From Pseudomonadota bacterium (GTDB taxonomy: Bacteria > Pseudomonadota > Gammaproteobacteria > Acidiferrobacterales > UBA6901), in the NCBI GenBank assembly GCA_021790335.1, contig JAJYEE010000002.1:4164-68163 (forward strand): a DNA stretch of 64,000 bases, in the 5' to 3' direction. Position 1 is the stretch's first letter, and every line of letters starts with the position of its first letter. The position numbers were made by a program, and so were the translations under genes. The notes beneath the pieces were generated by a model, which saw only the letters and a list, made by a program, of their open reading frames with translations, made no database searches and had not been told where the DNA came from. Shown here piece after piece: positions 11,848-23,844 of the stretch.

Positions 11848-11969
11848 AGGAATGATAGGGCTTTACGCTTTTCGATAACGGAAGTATACGGCAGAGATCC
11901 CTGTGATGGCAGCTGCATTTCTGTGTTCTTCCTGCAGGCCCATTCCAAAACAGTGCCGTAGCCGTACCT

Positions 11970-14900
11970 TCACGCGCCGCTCACCCGAGTGGCCGGCTCT
12001 CGTGCCGGCGCAAGCGAGTCGAACAGCGTCTGCAGTGCCTGGGTCCGGTCCGCCGCCTGGGGAAACTCTCCGACGATTCGCAGGCGAGTGGGGCCATCCA
12101 GCCGGTAGGTCCGCGGGTTGGATTGCAAGAGACCGATGAGTGCGCCCGGATCGACGTTCGCAGTGGCGGAAAACTCGATGCGGGCGCCTTTGGGCCCGGC
12201 CTCGATCTTGCGGATGCCGAAAGCATTCGCGCGCATCTTGAGCTCCATGACTTTGAACAGCACTTTGGCCGCATCCGGCAGCAGCCCGAAGCGGTCTATC
12301 AACTCGGCCTGGAGGTCTGAAAGCTCCTGGCGGCCGGCAGTCCCGGCGATGCGCTTGTACAGGATCAGACGCATGTGCACGTCGGGAATATAGTCCTCGG
12401 GCAACAGCGCAGGGACGTGCAGATTGATCTCGGCACCGACCTGGGGGGGCGCTTCCAGGTCGACATTGTGTCCTGCCTTGATCGAAGCAACGGCGCGATT
12501 GAGCAGCTCCGAATACAGCGTGAAACCGACCTCGTCGATCTGGCCGCTTTGCGCCTCGCCGAGCAGTTCGCCGGCCCCGCGGATTTCCAGGTCGTGTGAA
12601 GCAAGGACAAAGCCGGCACCCAGGTCCTCGATCGAGGCGATGGCCTCAAGCCGCTTGAGAGCGTCGCCGGTGATCGTGCTGCGGGGTGGAATCAGCAGGT
12701 AGGCGTAAGCACGGTGATGGGAACGTCCGACGCGGCCCCGCAGCTGATGCAGCTGTGCAAGGCCGAACTTGTCCGCACGCTCTATGATGATGGTGTTGGC
12801 GCTCGGAATATCGATGCCGGTCTCGATGATCGTGCTGCACAGCAGCACATTGAAGCGCTGGTGGTAAAAATCCACCATGACGCGTTCCAGATCACGTTCC
12901 GGCATCTGGCCGTGTGCGACGCGGATTTCGGCCTCGGGCACCAGAGCCTCGAGGTGGTGCAGCGCCTTGTCCATGGTCTTCACGTCGTTGTGCAGAAAGT
13001 AAACCTGACCGCCGCGGCGGATCTCGCGCAGGCAGGCTTCTCGCAGAAGCGCATCATTGCGTTCCGACACGAAGGTCTTCACCGACAGGCGGGCCTCGGG
13101 TGCCGTCGCGATCATCGATATGTCGCGCAGCCCCGACATTGCCAGATTCAGGGTGCGGGGAACGGGCGTTGCGGTGAGGGTAAGTATGTCGACCTCACTG
13201 CGCAGTTTCTTCAGCCGTTCCTTCTGACGCACGCCGAAGCGATGCTCTTCATCGATGATCAGGAGTCCGAGCTGCTTGAAGCGGACATCGTCCTGTAGCA
13301 GCCGGTGTGTTCCGATCACAATGTCCACGTCCCCGGAAGCGAGTAGCGCGAGTGCCTTATCCTGCTCGGTCTTGGTGCGGAAGCGCGACAGAAGCTCGAT
13401 TCTTATCGGCGCCGCTGACTGAAGTCCGGCGCGGTCTGGCGCCACCGGTTTGGTCTGTGCCGGGTATTTTTTCACGTCCGCGAAGCGATCCGAAAAATTC
13501 TGGAAATGCTGCTGGGCGAGCAGCGTGGTCGGCACCAGCACGGCGACCTGGCGCAGGTCCTGGACCGCCAGGAAGGCGGCACGCATTGCGACTTCCGTCT
13601 TGCCAAAGCCGACGTCGCCGCAGATCAGGCGGTCCATCGGGCGGGCGGTTTCCATGTCCTGAATCGTTTCCTCGATCGCGCGGGCCTGGTCGGGGGTCTC
13701 TTCGAACGGAAAGGCCGCGGCGAATGCCGCATAGTGTTCGTCGTGCACCCGGAACGCGTGACCGGGTCGGCTCAGGCGCAGTGCCTGCACCTCGAGTAGC
13801 TCCACGGCGGCGTCGTGCGCCTTCTGCCGCGCGCGCTTCTTGGCCTTCTCCCAGGTATCGCCACCCAGCCTGTGCAGCGGTGCGTGCTCCGGGTCAGCGC
13901 CTGTATAGCGGCTGACGCGCTGCAGATCGGTCACGGGCGTGTACAGCTTGTCGCCGCCGGCGTACTCCAGCGCCAGGAATTCGGTCGGTCCGTCCCCGAC
14001 ATCCAGAGTCTGAAGGCCGAGGTAGCGTCCAACGCCGTGGTCTTCGTGGACTACCGGGTCGCCGAGGCGCAGTTCGGCCAGATTGCGGATGACTGCCTCC
14101 GGGTCGCGCGCGGCCTGGGCGCGACGCCGCCGCTGGGCGGCGCGCTCGCCATAGAGCTGGGCTTCGGTGATAACCGCCAAGTGCGGCGATTTGAGCAGCA
14201 GGCCTTTTTCGAGAATTGCGACCGTGATGCCGAGGGTGAGATCCGCAGACAAAAATGCCTGCCATCCCGCGCAGGTCTCGAGGTGAATTCCGTGATCCTC
14301 GAACAGGGTGCGCAGGACCTCACGTCGGCCGGCGGTCTCGGCCACCATGAGCAGACGGCCGCGAAAGCGGCGTATCCAGTCAAACAGCGCCGCGTGCGGA
14401 TCCTCGGCCCGGTGGTCGACCGGCAGGCGCGGCGGAATCTCGGTGGGGGCGGCCGCACCGGTCACGGCGAGCGGCGCATCCGCATTGCCAGCAGGCGTTG
14501 AGATGGCCTGAAGCAGGATGCAGGGACGCCGCCGCAGTTCCTCGTGAAGATGATCCGGGGCGAGAAACAGTTGCTCGGGAGGCAGCACCGGCCGTTCGGT
14601 ACCATGACGCAGCAGCGCATAACGTTCGTCGGCTTCCGAACGGAACTTCGCTGCGGCGGTTTCGACCCCTTCTTCGAGCAGACACAGGGTTGAAGACGGC
14701 AGATATTCGAACAGGCTTGTGGTCTGCTCGTAGAACAACGGCAGGTAATACTCGATGCCCGCCGGACTGAGCCCCTTGCTCAGATCACGATAGATCGATA
14801 CCTTCTGCGGGTCACCTTCAAAACGCGCACGGAATTCCTGGCGGAAGTGCTGGATCGCCGTCGGAGTCATCGGATATTCGCGCGCGGGCAGCAGCCGGAC

Positions 14901-15554
14901 TGCAGTAAGCCGTTCCCCGGACCGTTGGGTCTCGGGGTCGAAGCGGCGGATCGTATCGATCCGGTCGCCGAACAGATCGATGCGGTAGGGGCTGTCGCTG
15001 CCCATGGGAAAGATGTCGATCAGGCCGCCGCGCACAGCGTACTCTCCCGGCTCCATCACCTGGCTGACCGACTGGTAGGCGTTGTGCAGCAGCCGCGCAC
15101 GGAAGGTTTCCGGTTCCAGCCGCTCTCCCACGTCAAGCACCAGACTGTGTGACTGCACGTAATCGCGCGGTGGCAGGCGATGCATCAGGGTCGATGCGGA
15201 CAGCAGCACAACGCCCCGATTCAGACCGGGCAGCAGCGACAGCGTCAGCAGACGCTGGGAGATGATGTCGGGATGCGGCGAGAACGCGTCGTAGGGCAGG
15301 CTCTCCCAGTCCGGAAACGGAAGCACCGGGAGGGATTCCTCTGCATAGAAGCGGATCTCTTCCTCGAGGCGCTGCGCGGCACGCATGTCGCGTGTGACCA
15401 CGAGCAGCGGTCCGTCGAGGCGGCTGGCGCGCTCGGCGATGGCCAGCCCGAAAGCGCTTCCGTGCAGCTGCGTCCACGCGACGTGTTCTCCGGGGCGTTG
15501 CGGCAATGCGGGGCGCAGCAGCCCGCCGGCATCGTCGCCCTGGGTTTCGCTCAT
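11970..15554 (-). CDS. mfd: Transcription-repair coupling factor
   Basis: UvrB-like N-terminus, RID (GDPVVHEDHGVGRY), CGDVGFGKTEVA, IIDEEH, QLRGRVGR, TRG motif; likely start 15554. Confidence 0.97.
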   Translation of the reverse strand: MSETQGDDAGGLLRPALPQRPGEHVAWTQLHGSAFGLAIAERASRLDGPLLVVTRDMRAAQRLEEEIRFYAEESLPVLPFPDWESLPYDAFSPHPDIISQRLLTLSLLPGLNRGVVLLSASTLMHRLPPRDYVQSHSLVLDVGERLEPETFRARLLHNAYQSVSQVMEPGEYAVRGGLIDIFPMGSDSPYRIDLFGDRIDTIRRFDPETQRSGERLTAVRLLPAREYPMTPTAIQHFRQEFRARFEGDPQKVSIYRDLSKGLSPAGIEYYLPLFYEQTTSLFEYLPSSTLCLLEEGVETAAAKFRSEADERYALLRHGTERPVLPPEQLFLAPDHLHEELRRRPCILLQAISTPAGNADAPLAVTGAAAPTEIPPRLPVDHRAEDPHAALFDWIRRFRGRLLMVAETAGRREVLRTLFEDHGIHLETCAGWQAFLSADLTLGITVAILEKGLLLKSPHLAVITEAQLYGERAAQRRRRAQAARDPEAVIRNLAELRLGDPVVHEDHGVGRYLGLQTLDVGDGPTEFLALEYAGGDKLYTPVTDLQRVSRYTGADPEHAPLHRLGGDTWEKAKKRARQKAHDAAVELLEVQALRLSRPGHAFRVHDEHYAAFAAAFPFEETPDQARAIEETIQDMETARPMDRLICGDVGFGKTEVAMRAAFLAVQDLRQVAVLVPTTLLAQQHFQNFSDRFADVKKYPAQTKPVAPDRAGLQSAAPIRIELLSRFRTKTEQDKALALLASGDVDIVIGTHRLLQDDVRFKQLGLLIIDEEHRFGVRQKERLKKLRSEVDILTLTATPVPRTLNLAMSGLRDISMIATAPEARLSVKTFVSERNDALLREACLREIRRGGQVYFLHNDVKTMDKALHHLEALVPEAEIRVAHGQMPERDLERVMVDFYHQRFNVLLCSTIIETGIDIPSANTIIIERADKFGLAQLHQLRGRVGRSHHRAYAYLLIPPRSTITGDALKRLEAIASIEDLGAGFVLASHDLEIRGAGELLGEAQSGQIDEVGFTLYSELLNRAVASIKAGHNVDLEAPPQVGAEINLHVPALLPEDYIPDVHMRLILYKRIAGTAGRQELSDLQAELIDRFGLLPDAAKVLFKVMELKMRANAFGIRKIEAGPKGARIEFSATANVDPGALIGLLQSNPRTYRLDGPTRLRIVGEFPQAADRTQALQTLFDSLAPAREPATRVSGA

Positions 15555-16118
15555 TGCGTATTCGGTCCGGGATACACCATTGGGTTCATTCCGGCGCGCA
15601 TTGTACTCCATGGACGGCCCGCTGGAATGCCCATGCATCCGGAGCTCAGAGAGTTATACGTGATATTTGACAAACAGAAAATAATATTGCTCAATACGTT
15701 ACGTCGTCTTTCTAAAAAAAAACGCCGGCACGAACCGGTAACTGCCTGGGCCGGAAAGCTTTCAAGCCTGGATAGGCTGCGGATGTCGTCAGATTCGGTC
15801 CGGGGCGCAAAATCGTTAAGGAAAGAGGGCGTTGTACGGAGGCTCGGGGAGACGGGCCGGCGTTTCCGTCAGGCTGGAGTTTCGGTAGGAACTCGGTTCG
15901 TTGCCTGGTCCGGTTTTGAGAGCGGAAGGATCCGGGGAAAGGTTCCATATCGGCGGGGCGGTTGCACAGCAGGGTGCGCGTGACCAGGCCGGTGCAGATT
16001 TGGTAAGCCAGGGAAGACCGGCAGCGAAGAACATTAACCTGATAGCGCAATGGAGGAGTGGGAAGAGGGACGCGCTATCCCTCCCCGGCATGAAGACCGG
16101 GTCCCCTCGCGCAGACTG

Positions 16119-16634
16119 ATGAACCAGAATCCCCGCTTCAAGGTTGGCGACACGGTGTTCTACCCCGCTGCTGGCGTGGGTCTTATCGAGGCCGTCGAGG
16201 ATCTGTTCCTGACAGGGCGGCGCGAACGCTGTTTTGTGATTCGCATCCATGAGAGCAATGTGACTATCAAGGTTCCCCAGGCGAACATGGCGCGCAACGG
16301 CATCCGGCCGCTGTTGGCGAGAAGGGAGCTCAAGGATTTGTTCAAGATTTTGGCCGGCCGTTGCCAGCGCCGTGCGAGCGGTAATCTGCTCGAGCGCTGC
16401 CGGGAGCTGGGCCAGAAGGTGCAGGGTGGCTCGCCGGCCGATCTTGGCGAAGTTGTCCGGGACCTGACGCATTGGAAGTCCCAGACCGGATTGTCCTTCG
16501 ATGAGCTGAGGCTGCTCGAAACGGCCTGCAAGTACCTGTGCCAGGAGATTGCGGCGGTGGAAGGCATCTCGCCTGACGATGCCTATGACCGGATCCAGCA
16601 GCAAATCGGCCTTACCGCCGGTGCGGTGGCCTGA
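16119..16634 (+). CDS. carD: CarD/CdnL-family transcriptional regulator (divergent)
   Basis: FKVGDTVFYP..GVG.IE, IKVP...GIRPL, GEVVRDL, LSFDE..LLE.A..YL.QEIA; upstream of ispD-ispF. Confidence 0.85.
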   Translation: MNQNPRFKVGDTVFYPAAGVGLIEAVEDLFLTGRRERCFVIRIHESNVTIKVPQANMARNGIRPLLARRELKDLFKILAGRCQRRASGNLLERCRELGQKVQGGSPADLGEVVRDLTHWKSQTGLSFDELRLLETACKYLCQEIAAVEGISPDDAYDRIQQQIGLTAGAVA

Positions 16635-16691
16635 TAGCGCGCCGGGCGGCGCTGCGCATCGCTGATCGAACCCGATGGGGACAGATGTCCT

Positions 16692-17402
16692 ATGTTGAAC
16701 CGCGGCCTTTGGGCACTTGTTCCGGCCGCAGGCAGGGGCAGGCGCATGGGCGCCGGGTGTCCGAAGCAGTACCTGAAACTGCGGGACCGCACCGTGCTGC
16801 AGCATACGCTTGAGCGCCTGGATGGCTTCGCGCCATTGCGGGGCATCCTCGTCGGCATTGCATCCGATGATTGTTACTGGCCGACCCTCTCCGTACGGAT
16901 ACCGCGGCTGCTCGGCAGTTTTCCGGGTGGCGCCGAGCGCGCGCATACCGTCCTCAATGGCTTGGAGGTGCTTGCCGCCAGCGCTCAGGACCACGATTGG
17001 GTACTGGTGCATGACGCGGTGCGCCCCTGTGTTCGTCATGCGGACATGCACAGACTGATGGATGCGGTGGGCGATGATCCCGATGGAGGATTGTTGGGAT
17101 TGCCCCTGGCGGATACGGTAAAGCGCACGGATGACGAAGGTCGCGTCATGGCCACCGTCTCCCGTCACGGGCTGTGGCGGGCGCTGACACCGCAGATCTT
17201 TCCGATCGGGGTACTGCGAGGCGCATTGCGGCGCGCACTCGCCGACGGTGTCGAGGTGACCGACGAAGCGTCGGCGGTGGAGCATGCCGGCGGTAAACCG
17301 CGCATGGTTGCCGGGCACGCTGATAACATCAAGATCACCGTACCGGGAGATCTTGCGCTGGCCGAACTCTATCTCCAGAGGCAGGCAGCGGAAGCGGACT
17401 GA
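16692..17402 (+). CDS. ispD: 2-C-methyl-D-erythritol 4-phosphate cytidylyltransferase
   Basis: [41 protein letters not shown]. Confidence 0.96.
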   Translation: MLNRGLWALVPAAGRGRRMGAGCPKQYLKLRDRTVLQHTLERLDGFAPLRGILVGIASDDCYWPTLSVRIPRLLGSFPGGAERAHTVLNGLEVLAASAQDHDWVLVHDAVRPCVRHADMHRLMDAVGDDPDGGLLGLPLADTVKRTDDEGRVMATVSRHGLWRALTPQIFPIGVLRGALRRALADGVEVTDEASAVEHAGGKPRMVAGHADNIKITVPGDLALAELYLQRQAAEAD

Positions 17403-17899
17403 TGCGTATCGGACATGGCTACGACGTCCACCCGCTGAAAGCGGGGCGTGACCTGATTCTTGGCGGAGTCAAAATTCCGCATCCCAAGGGCCTGGACGGC
17501 CACTCCGATGCCGACGTGCTGATCCATGCGATCTGCGACGCCTGCCTGGGTGCTGCCGCGCTTGGCGACATAGGCCATCATTTTCCGGATTCCGACCCAC
17601 GCTATCGCGGCATCGACAGCCGCCGACTGCTGCGCAAGGTATGTGCGGTACTCAAACAGCACGGGTGGCGTGTGGGGAACCTGGACAGCACGGTGGTAGC
17701 CCAGGCGCCCAGGCTGGCGCCGCATATCTCGGGTATGCGCGAAAACATCGCGATGGATCTGGAAATCGGTACCGAACAGGTCAACGTCAAGGCGACCACC
17801 ACCGAGATGATGGGGTTCGCGGGTCGCGAGGAAGGCATCGCAGCGCACGCCGTCGTGTTGCTTCTTTCCACCGCCCCGGAACCGAAAGCAAGGGCCTGA
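17402..17899 (+). CDS. ispF: 2-C-methyl-D-erythritol 2,4-cyclodiphosphate synthase
   Basis: [26 protein letters not shown]. Confidence 0.97.
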   Translation: MRIGHGYDVHPLKAGRDLILGGVKIPHPKGLDGHSDADVLIHAICDACLGAAALGDIGHHFPDSDPRYRGIDSRRLLRKVCAVLKQHGWRVGNLDSTVVAQAPRLAPHISGMRENIAMDLEIGTEQVNVKATTTEMMGFAGREEGIAAHAVVLLLSTAPEPKARA

Positions 17900-18369
17900 A
17901 CCCGCTCGCCGCGACGGAATTGCCAGGCAGGTGAGGACGGGTGTGAGTTTCTAAATCGCCGTCGAGTGCGGTCCGCGCCGATCTGGCGTTTAGCAGGCAC
18001 GTCACCCCATGGATAAGCTGGCGGCGCTGGAACGACCCCAGGGTGTTCATGCTCCGGAGGAACCGATACGGACAGCGTGCATCCGGAAGCGTACCTTCAG
18101 CGCGGCGCTGTCATCTCACGCTCACGGCCTACGACGCGTCTTATCCTTAATCCTTGGCCGGCATGACGCACCGGCCAGCCGCGGGTAACTCTAGACGGGC
18201 CGTTGCAGGCGGCCACGAAGCAGGCGGGGAATGGAGCAGTTTTGCCGCGTGCGGCAATGACAGCCGGTCCTGTCCGCACGCAGGCAGTCTGTCTGGCAAC
18301 ATCACTACGTTCCGCGGCAAGCCCAGCGCCACGAATGGCGTCAACATTTTGTGGGTGGGCGCCGACTGG

Positions 18370-18921
18370 CTAGCTGCGCCGGAGGAGCACATATACGGCG
18401 CCAGTGCCACCATCCCGCCGCGGCGCAGAGCAGAAGGCCAGTACCTCGTCTTTCTGGCGCAGCCAGGAATTGACCTTCCCTTTCAGTACAGGAAGTTTCC
18501 CTTCGGAACTCAGGCCCTTGCCGTGGATGATGCGCACGCAGCGCCTGCCGTTGGCGCGTGCCTCGCGCAGAAAGTCGGCCACCAGTTCGCGCGCCTCGGC
18601 AACGACGCGCCCATGCAGATCGAGCTGCGCCTGGATTGCGTATTGTCCGCGACGCAATTTGCGCCACACCCGTTGTGACACGCCGGAACGCACAAATGCC
18701 AGCTCGTCGCCAGTCTCGATTTCGGCGGGATCGTAGTCATCGGAGAGCAGGCTGCCCATGACCTCCTGCTCATCCTTGCGGGTTTGGTCCGGCAGCGCCG
18801 CGCGGCGTGGCGTGCGGCGTGCGATTCGGTCCTGTTCGAGCGGTCGCGTGCTACCGGCAACGCGACGGAACAGGTTGCTATCCTCGGGTGAAAGCATGAT
18901 CGGACGTTTTTTCGTGGGCAC
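18370..18921 (-). CDS. Smr/MutS2 domain endonuclease (SmrA-like)
   Basis: LDLHG, IIHGKG, LKGKVNSWL, GGTGAVYVLL. Confidence 0.92.
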   Translation of the reverse strand: MPTKKRPIMLSPEDSNLFRRVAGSTRPLEQDRIARRTPRRAALPDQTRKDEQEVMGSLLSDDYDPAEIETGDELAFVRSGVSQRVWRKLRRGQYAIQAQLDLHGRVVAEARELVADFLREARANGRRCVRIIHGKGLSSEGKLPVLKGKVNSWLRQKDEVLAFCSAPRRDGGTGAVYVLLRRS

Positions 18922-18990
18922 TCAGCGTTCTCCCACGCAGACCGGCGCATCTGCGGCCGCCGGTCAGTCCCTTGACCGGCCAGGCGGTGG

Positions 18991-19572
18991 TCAGTGGTCT
19001 TCGTGGTGGCGATAGTTGTCGCCGCGGTCACCGTAGTCACCGCGGTCGCCGTAGTCACCCCGATCGCCGTGATCGCCGCGAAATCTGTCCGGTCCGCGCC
19101 CGTGGCCGGGATGATGGTCCCAGCCGCGGTGCTCCCCACGGTTCCGGAACCTCGGGTAGAACGGTGCCGGTCTGTCCGGACCCCGGTCACGCTGGAAACG
19201 CTCGTCGGCATCGCGTTGATAGCGTCTCCAGTCATCGTTGTGGTACCGGCGAAGTGGAGGCGGCAGCATGCCGAAGCGGACTTCCGCCCAAGGGCCTCCG
19301 TAATACGGGGACGAGTACCACCGGTCGCTGTGACGAACATAGTAGCGCCCCTCGCGGTAGAAGATCGGCCGGCGCGAGCCACGTGCGACGTAGATGCCGA
19401 TGTTGGGCAGCCAGACCATGGGTGGTCGCTGGGGTAACGGCAGAAACAGTCCGGGCAGCGCTGCTTCGATCTGGATCGACACATGCGCGAATGCGGCCTG
19501 AGGCGCGAACGCGGTGGCAGTGCCGAGCAGAACGGATGCCATGATACCGATGGATGTGCGCGGGATCTTCAT
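18991..19572 (-). CDS. Secreted hypothetical protein with a low-complexity Gly-Asp-X C-terminus
   Basis: Signal peptide ending AFA; aromatic/Arg-rich core; GDHGDRGDYGDRGDYGDRGDN tail. Confidence 0.75.
   Translation of the reverse strand: MKIPRTSIGIMASVLLGTATAFAPQAAFAHVSIQIEAALPGLFLPLPQRPPMVWLPNIGIYVARGSRRPIFYREGRYYVRHSDRWYSSPYYGGPWAEVRFGMLPPPLRRYHNDDWRRYQRDADERFQRDRGPDRPAPFYPRFRNRGEHRGWDHHPGHGRGPDRFRGDHGDRGDYGDRGDYGDRGDNYRHHEDH
19018..19080. repeat. Coding tandem repeat, ~3.5 imperfect copies of 18 bp (9-bp subunits)
   Basis: gtcgccgcggtcaccgta / gtcaccgcggtcgccgta / gtcaccccgatcgccgtg / atcgccgcg. Confidence 0.85.
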
Positions 19573-19626
19573 TATGAAGTGCTTTCCTGGTTTGTCGGTG
19601 GGAGCGAAGATATCGACTTTGGAAAC

Positions 19627-20616
<990 letters not shown>

Positions 20617-20846
20617 TCACGGGTGGTACTCTAGCGAGTGTCAAGATCCAAATCCAACACAAACCGATTGAAGGATGGGGATAGCCGCCGGAAAAACAAT
20701 GCCTCGCGGCCGGCGCGAGCCTGGCCGGAAAGGGCCGTCAGGGTCGGCCGGACGGGCGAAGCTCCCTCAGTCGCCGATGGCCGGGCTGCGATTATCCTTG
20801 GCTTAGTCCTGGCAAAAAGGGAAAATACCAGCCAGTTTGTACGCAC

Positions 20847-23174
20847 ATGAGAACCGCTGTGGCCCAAGCGACCTGGAAAAAGACCCAAAGAGCACCGCTT
20901 TCCCCCAAAGTCACCCGAATGCTCCGGGAAGCCGGCCTTTATGCCCTGGTCGCCGTGGTCGTTTACCTTCTGGTCTCGCTCTGGACCTACAGCCCGAACG
21001 ATCCGGGCTGGTTCCACAGCGGGTTCGGAAACACCGTGGTGAATGCCGGTGGGCGGGCAGGGGCCTGGATATCGGACATTTTTTTCAACTTGTTCGGATT
21101 CGTCGCCTATCTCTTTCCGATTCTGGGGCTGGCCACCGCCTGGCGCCAGTTCATGAGCCTGCGGGATTCCAGCCCTCCGGACATCCGTCACCGCATCCTC
21201 ATCTGGACCGGTTTCGTCCTGACCATCATCGGTGCCTGCGGTCTTGCCAGCCTGCATTTCGGGCAGGCCGCTCCCGGCTTGCCGTTCAACAGCGGCGGCG
21301 CCGTGGGCCAGTCATTCGGTGGCGGTTTGGCGGCGATCTTCAGCTTCGTGGGAGCGACGATCTTTCTTCTCGCCCTTTTCCTGTCCGGCGTGACGCTGTT
21401 CACCGGACTTTCCTGGTTACGGGCGATGGACCTCGTGGGCCAATGGACCATCATGCTGGCCGGGCATGCCCGCTACTGGTTCGGAGTCCTGGCCGACTAC
21501 GTTATCGGTCTGCGTGCCAAGCGCATTCGCCAGGAAACCGTGGCGGTGGAGAAGAAGACGCTCGAAAAACATCCCCCCCCGCGCATCGAGCCCGTGATCA
21601 AGGTACCTGCACAGAGCGTGCGGGTAGAGCGCGAGAAGCAGGTTCCCCTGTTTACGGATCTTCCGGCCAGCGGCGAGTTGCCGCCGCTGTCGCTGCTCGA
21701 TCCGCCGGACGAGGTGAAGGTGTCGTTTTCCGACCAGACGCTTGCCATGATGTCGCAGCTTGTTGTTAAGAAGCTCAGCGATTTCAATATCGAAGTGCAG
21801 GTGGTAGCGGTACATCCCGGTCCGGTGATCACGCGCTTCGAGATCGATCCGGCGCCGGGTGTGAAAGCCAGCCAGATCACCAATCTTGCCAAGGACCTTG
21901 CGCGCTCGCTGTCGGTTGTCAGTTTGCGTGTGGTCGAGAATATCCCGGGCAAATCGGTCATCGGCATCGAGGTCCCGAACGAGAACCGCGAGATCGTGCG
22001 TCTGAGCGAAGGGCTGTCCTCCCAGGCATACGAGGATGTCAATTCTCCGCTTGCCCTGGCGTTGGGGAAAGACATAGGCGGAAACCCGGTGATCACCGAC
22101 CTCGGGAAGATGCCGCACCTGCTGATTGCAGGCACCACGGGCTCTGGCAAATCAGTGTGCATCAATGCCCTGATTCTCAGCCTGGTTTACAAGTCCACGC
22201 CTGATCAGGTGCGCATGATCATGGTGGATCCGAAAATGCTGGAGCTTGCCGTATACGAGGGCATCCCGCATCTGCTGGCGCCCGTCGTCACAGACATGAA
22301 GGAGGCCGCCAACGTACTGCGCTGGGCGCTCGCCGAGATGGAGCGGCGATACCGGTTGATGGCCGCGCTTGGTGTCCGCAACATCGCCGGCTACAACCAC
22401 AAGATCAAGGAGGCGATCAAGGCTGGAAAGCCGATCCTGGATCCGTTCGCCGAGGCCGTGGATGGCGAAGAGCCGGCAACGCTCGGCAATCTGCACTATA
22501 TCGTGATCCTGATCGACGAGCTTGCTGACATGATGATGGTCGTCGGCAAGAAGGTCGAGGAGCTGATCGCGCGGCTCGCGCAGAAAGCGCGCGCCGCCGG
22601 TATACACCTGATTCTGGCAACGCAGCGCCCGTCGGTGGATGTGATCACCGGACTTATAAAGGCCAACATCCCGACACGCATCGCGTTTCAGGTTTCGGCG
22701 CGGGTCGATTCGCGCACGATCCTCGACCAGATGGGTGCCGAGCAACTGCTCGGTCAGGGCGACATGCTGTTTCTGCAGCCCGGCACCGGCGTGCCGACGC
22801 GTGTGCACGGCGCATTCGTCGCCGACAACGAAGTACATAAGGTCGTCAGCTTTCTCAAGAAGAGCGGCAGGCCCAACTACGATGAAACCATTCTGAGCGG
22901 CGAGGTCCAAGGGATAGATGTTTCCGACGCGGGGACGTCCGGTGGCGAGCCGGGAGGCGGTGGAGGCGAAGATGACCCGCTTTATGACGAGGCGCTCAAG
23001 ATCGTGACCGAGAGCCGGCGTGCATCCATTTCGGGTGTGCAGCGCAGGTTGCGTATCGGATATAACCGCGCCGCGCGCCTGATCGAGGAAATGGAGAAGT
23101 CGGGAGTGGTAGGCCCGCTTCAGCCGAACGGAAGCCGCGAAGTGCTTGCGCCTCCACCCCCGCCGCGCGACTAG
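20847..23174 (+). CDS. ftsK: DNA translocase FtsK
   Basis: N-terminal TM domain, [24 protein letters not shown], gamma domain [13 protein letters not shown]. Confidence 0.97.
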   Translation: MRTAVAQATWKKTQRAPLSPKVTRMLREAGLYALVAVVVYLLVSLWTYSPNDPGWFHSGFGNTVVNAGGRAGAWISDIFFNLFGFVAYLFPILGLATAWRQFMSLRDSSPPDIRHRILIWTGFVLTIIGACGLASLHFGQAAPGLPFNSGGAVGQSFGGGLAAIFSFVGATIFLLALFLSGVTLFTGLSWLRAMDLVGQWTIMLAGHARYWFGVLADYVIGLRAKRIRQETVAVEKKTLEKHPPPRIEPVIKVPAQSVRVEREKQVPLFTDLPASGELPPLSLLDPPDEVKVSFSDQTLAMMSQLVVKKLSDFNIEVQVVAVHPGPVITRFEIDPAPGVKASQITNLAKDLARSLSVVSLRVVENIPGKSVIGIEVPNENREIVRLSEGLSSQAYEDVNSPLALALGKDIGGNPVITDLGKMPHLLIAGTTGSGKSVCINALILSLVYKSTPDQVRMIMVDPKMLELAVYEGIPHLLAPVVTDMKEAANVLRWALAEMERRYRLMAALGVRNIAGYNHKIKEAIKAGKPILDPFAEAVDGEEPATLGNLHYIVILIDELADMMMVVGKKVEELIARLAQKARAAGIHLILATQRPSVDVITGLIKANIPTRIAFQVSARVDSRTILDQMGAEQLLGQGDMLFLQPGTGVPTRVHGAFVADNEVHKVVSFLKKSGRPNYDETILSGEVQGIDVSDAGTSGGEPGGGGGEDDPLYDEALKIVTESRRASISGVQRRLRIGYNRAARLIEEMEKSGVVGPLQPNGSREVLAPPPPPRD

Positions 23175-23196
23175 AGCCGAGCGCATGAGGTCGTGA

Positions 23197-23844
23197 ATGA
23201 AACCTGATTCGTCTTTCCGTTTCTTGTGGTGCCTGCGGGTGGCCGCGATGCTTGCCGGGTTGATGTCTGTGGCTACAGTTGCCCATGCGTCGGCAATCTC
23301 GAGCCTCAATCGCTTCTATCGCGATGTGCACACGTACAGCGCCAAATTTGACCAGGTGGTGCTGGACGAGGCCCTCAATCCGATCCAGGAATCGTCCGGA
23401 ACGCTTTGGATCGAGCGTCCGGGAAAATTCCGCTGGGACTACGATGTTCCGTACAAGCAGATCATCGTCGGTGACGGCAGGAAGATCTGGGTGTACGACA
23501 AGGAACTGCAGCAGGTCACGGTGCGCCGCATGGCCGGCGGGCTCGGCAATACGCCGGCCATCCTGCTGGCTGGCACCGGCAGCCTTACCGCGCACTTTCA
23601 GGTCGAGAACATGGGGCGCCAGGGCCGGCTGGACTGGGTGCGCATGAAGCCGAAAGTGCGCGACGGAGGCTTCCGGGACATCCGCATCGGATTCAGAGGA
23701 GACCAAGTGCGCTCGCTGGTCATGGTGGACAGCTTCGGGCAGACCACCCGCATCACTCTGACCGATGTGCGTGAGAATGCCCACATCGATCCCGCGCGCT
23801 TCCGGTTCACGCCGCCGAAAGGTGTAGACGTGGTCGGCGAATGA
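23197..23844 (+). CDS. lolA: Outer-membrane lipoprotein carrier protein
   Basis: Signal peptide, [20 protein letters not shown]; follows ftsK. Confidence 0.95.
   Translation: MKPDSSFRFLWCLRVAAMLAGLMSVATVAHASAISSLNRFYRDVHTYSAKFDQVVLDEALNPIQESSGTLWIERPGKFRWDYDVPYKQIIVGDGRKIWVYDKELQQVTVRRMAGGLGNTPAILLAGTGSLTAHFQVENMGRQGRLDWVRMKPKVRDGGFRDIRIGFRGDQVRSLVMVDSFGQTTRITLTDVRENAHIDPARFRFTPPKGVDVVGE

Noticed and set aside
17900-18369. Possible gene or REP element between ispF and smr
   Set aside because: Only short inverted repeats (GGATAAG/CTTATCC) and ORFs without recognisable motifs
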